DNA of 4,411 bases. It comes from a virus. Taxonomy: Duplodnaviria; Heunggongvirae; Uroviricota; Caudoviricetes. The stretch spans positions 1 through 4,411 of IMG/VR virus record IMGVR_UViG_3300014784_000061. One strand, 5' to 3'. A model generated the notes under the pieces. That model made no database searches, was not told where the DNA came from, and saw nothing but the letters and a program-made list of their open reading frames with translations. Made by a program: the position numbers and the translations under genes. Of the stretch, positions 4,255 to 4,411 are shown in pieces (within the stretch, counting starts at the first letter, position 1; each line of letters opens with the position of its first letter).

Positions 4255-4411
4255 GAATCAAGCTCCTAGAAAGTGGTTGTGTTAACGTTTTGGTATCTTC
4301 CAGCTCAGGCCAAATATTCATCCAATCAAAAGGCCTTAGTTGCTGACGTGTAACTTCACCATTACTGGCTCGCTCAATAAGGACACATAACGATGCCCCT
4401 AACACTTGGCC
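4238..4411 (-). CDS. YdaS-like Cro-type HTH regulator, C-terminal part only (gene starts beyond position 4411)
   Basis: Minus-strand frame is open from the window edge to TGA at 4240..4238. It translates ...GQVLGASLCVLIERASNGEVTRQQLRPFDWMNIWPELEDTKTLTQPLSRSLIHENQA. The segment C-x-LIE-x(3)-G-x-VT-x(3)-LRP-x-DW matches my recollection of the conserved C-terminal block of YdaS/Cro-like prophage regulators. The 3' end overlaps the start of the next gene by 17 nt. Confidence 0.5.
   Translation of the reverse strand, partial: GQVLGASLCVLIERASNGEVTRQQLRPFDWMNIWPELEDTKTLTQPLSRSLIHENQA

Larger units (their letters stand above)
1..4411 (-). mobile_element. Fragment of a lambdoid/Rac-like prophage early (immunity-proximal replication plus accessory) region; all genes on the minus strand
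   Basis: Gene order Cro-like / cII-position gene / O-like initiator with internal iterons / P-like loader / small nin-like accessory genes / Ea22-like gene, all co-directional with short overlaps or short intergenic gaps. This is the canonical lambdoid pR-operon architecture. Window boundaries are not prophage boundaries. Confidence 0.75.

Noticed and set aside
1-4411. tRNA, rRNA, integrase or transposase, or an attachment-site direct repeat
   Set aside because: No ORF resembles a recombinase, no clover-leaf-like or rRNA-like sequence was noticed, and the window appears internal to the prophage, so no att site is expected.

Overview
The whole 4.4 kb window reads as one leftward (minus-strand) operon from a lambdoid / Rac-like prophage early region of an enterobacterial-type genome. 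No tRNA, rRNA, CRISPR, transposase or integrase was seen, and every plus-strand ORF in the track looks like an antisense shadow. Reading in the direction of transcription (high to low coordinates): (1) the 3' end of a YdaS-like Cro-type HTH gene; (2) a 141-aa YdaT-family gene at the cII position; (3) a 345-aa replication initiator at the lambda O position whose C-terminal domain resembles host primosomal protein DnaT, and which carries two clusters of helically phased 10-11 bp iterons (core CGTGAC, 5 + 6 copies) inside its coding sequence, the putative phage origin; (4) a lambda P-like helicase loader that overlaps the initiator 3' end out of frame; (5) five small tightly coupled accessory genes (two winged-helix proteins, a DUF4406 / nucleoside 2-deoxyribosyltransferase-like protein, a small membrane protein, an acidic Cys-cluster protein); (6) the 5' end of an Ead/Ea22-like gene running off the left edge. 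The most interesting signals are the coding-embedded iteron origin, the DnaT-domain initiator paired with a P-like loader, and the uncharacterised accessory block, which is a candidate anti-defence or host-takeover locus. All homology statements are from motif recognition by eye and memory of reference sequences; no database search was run.
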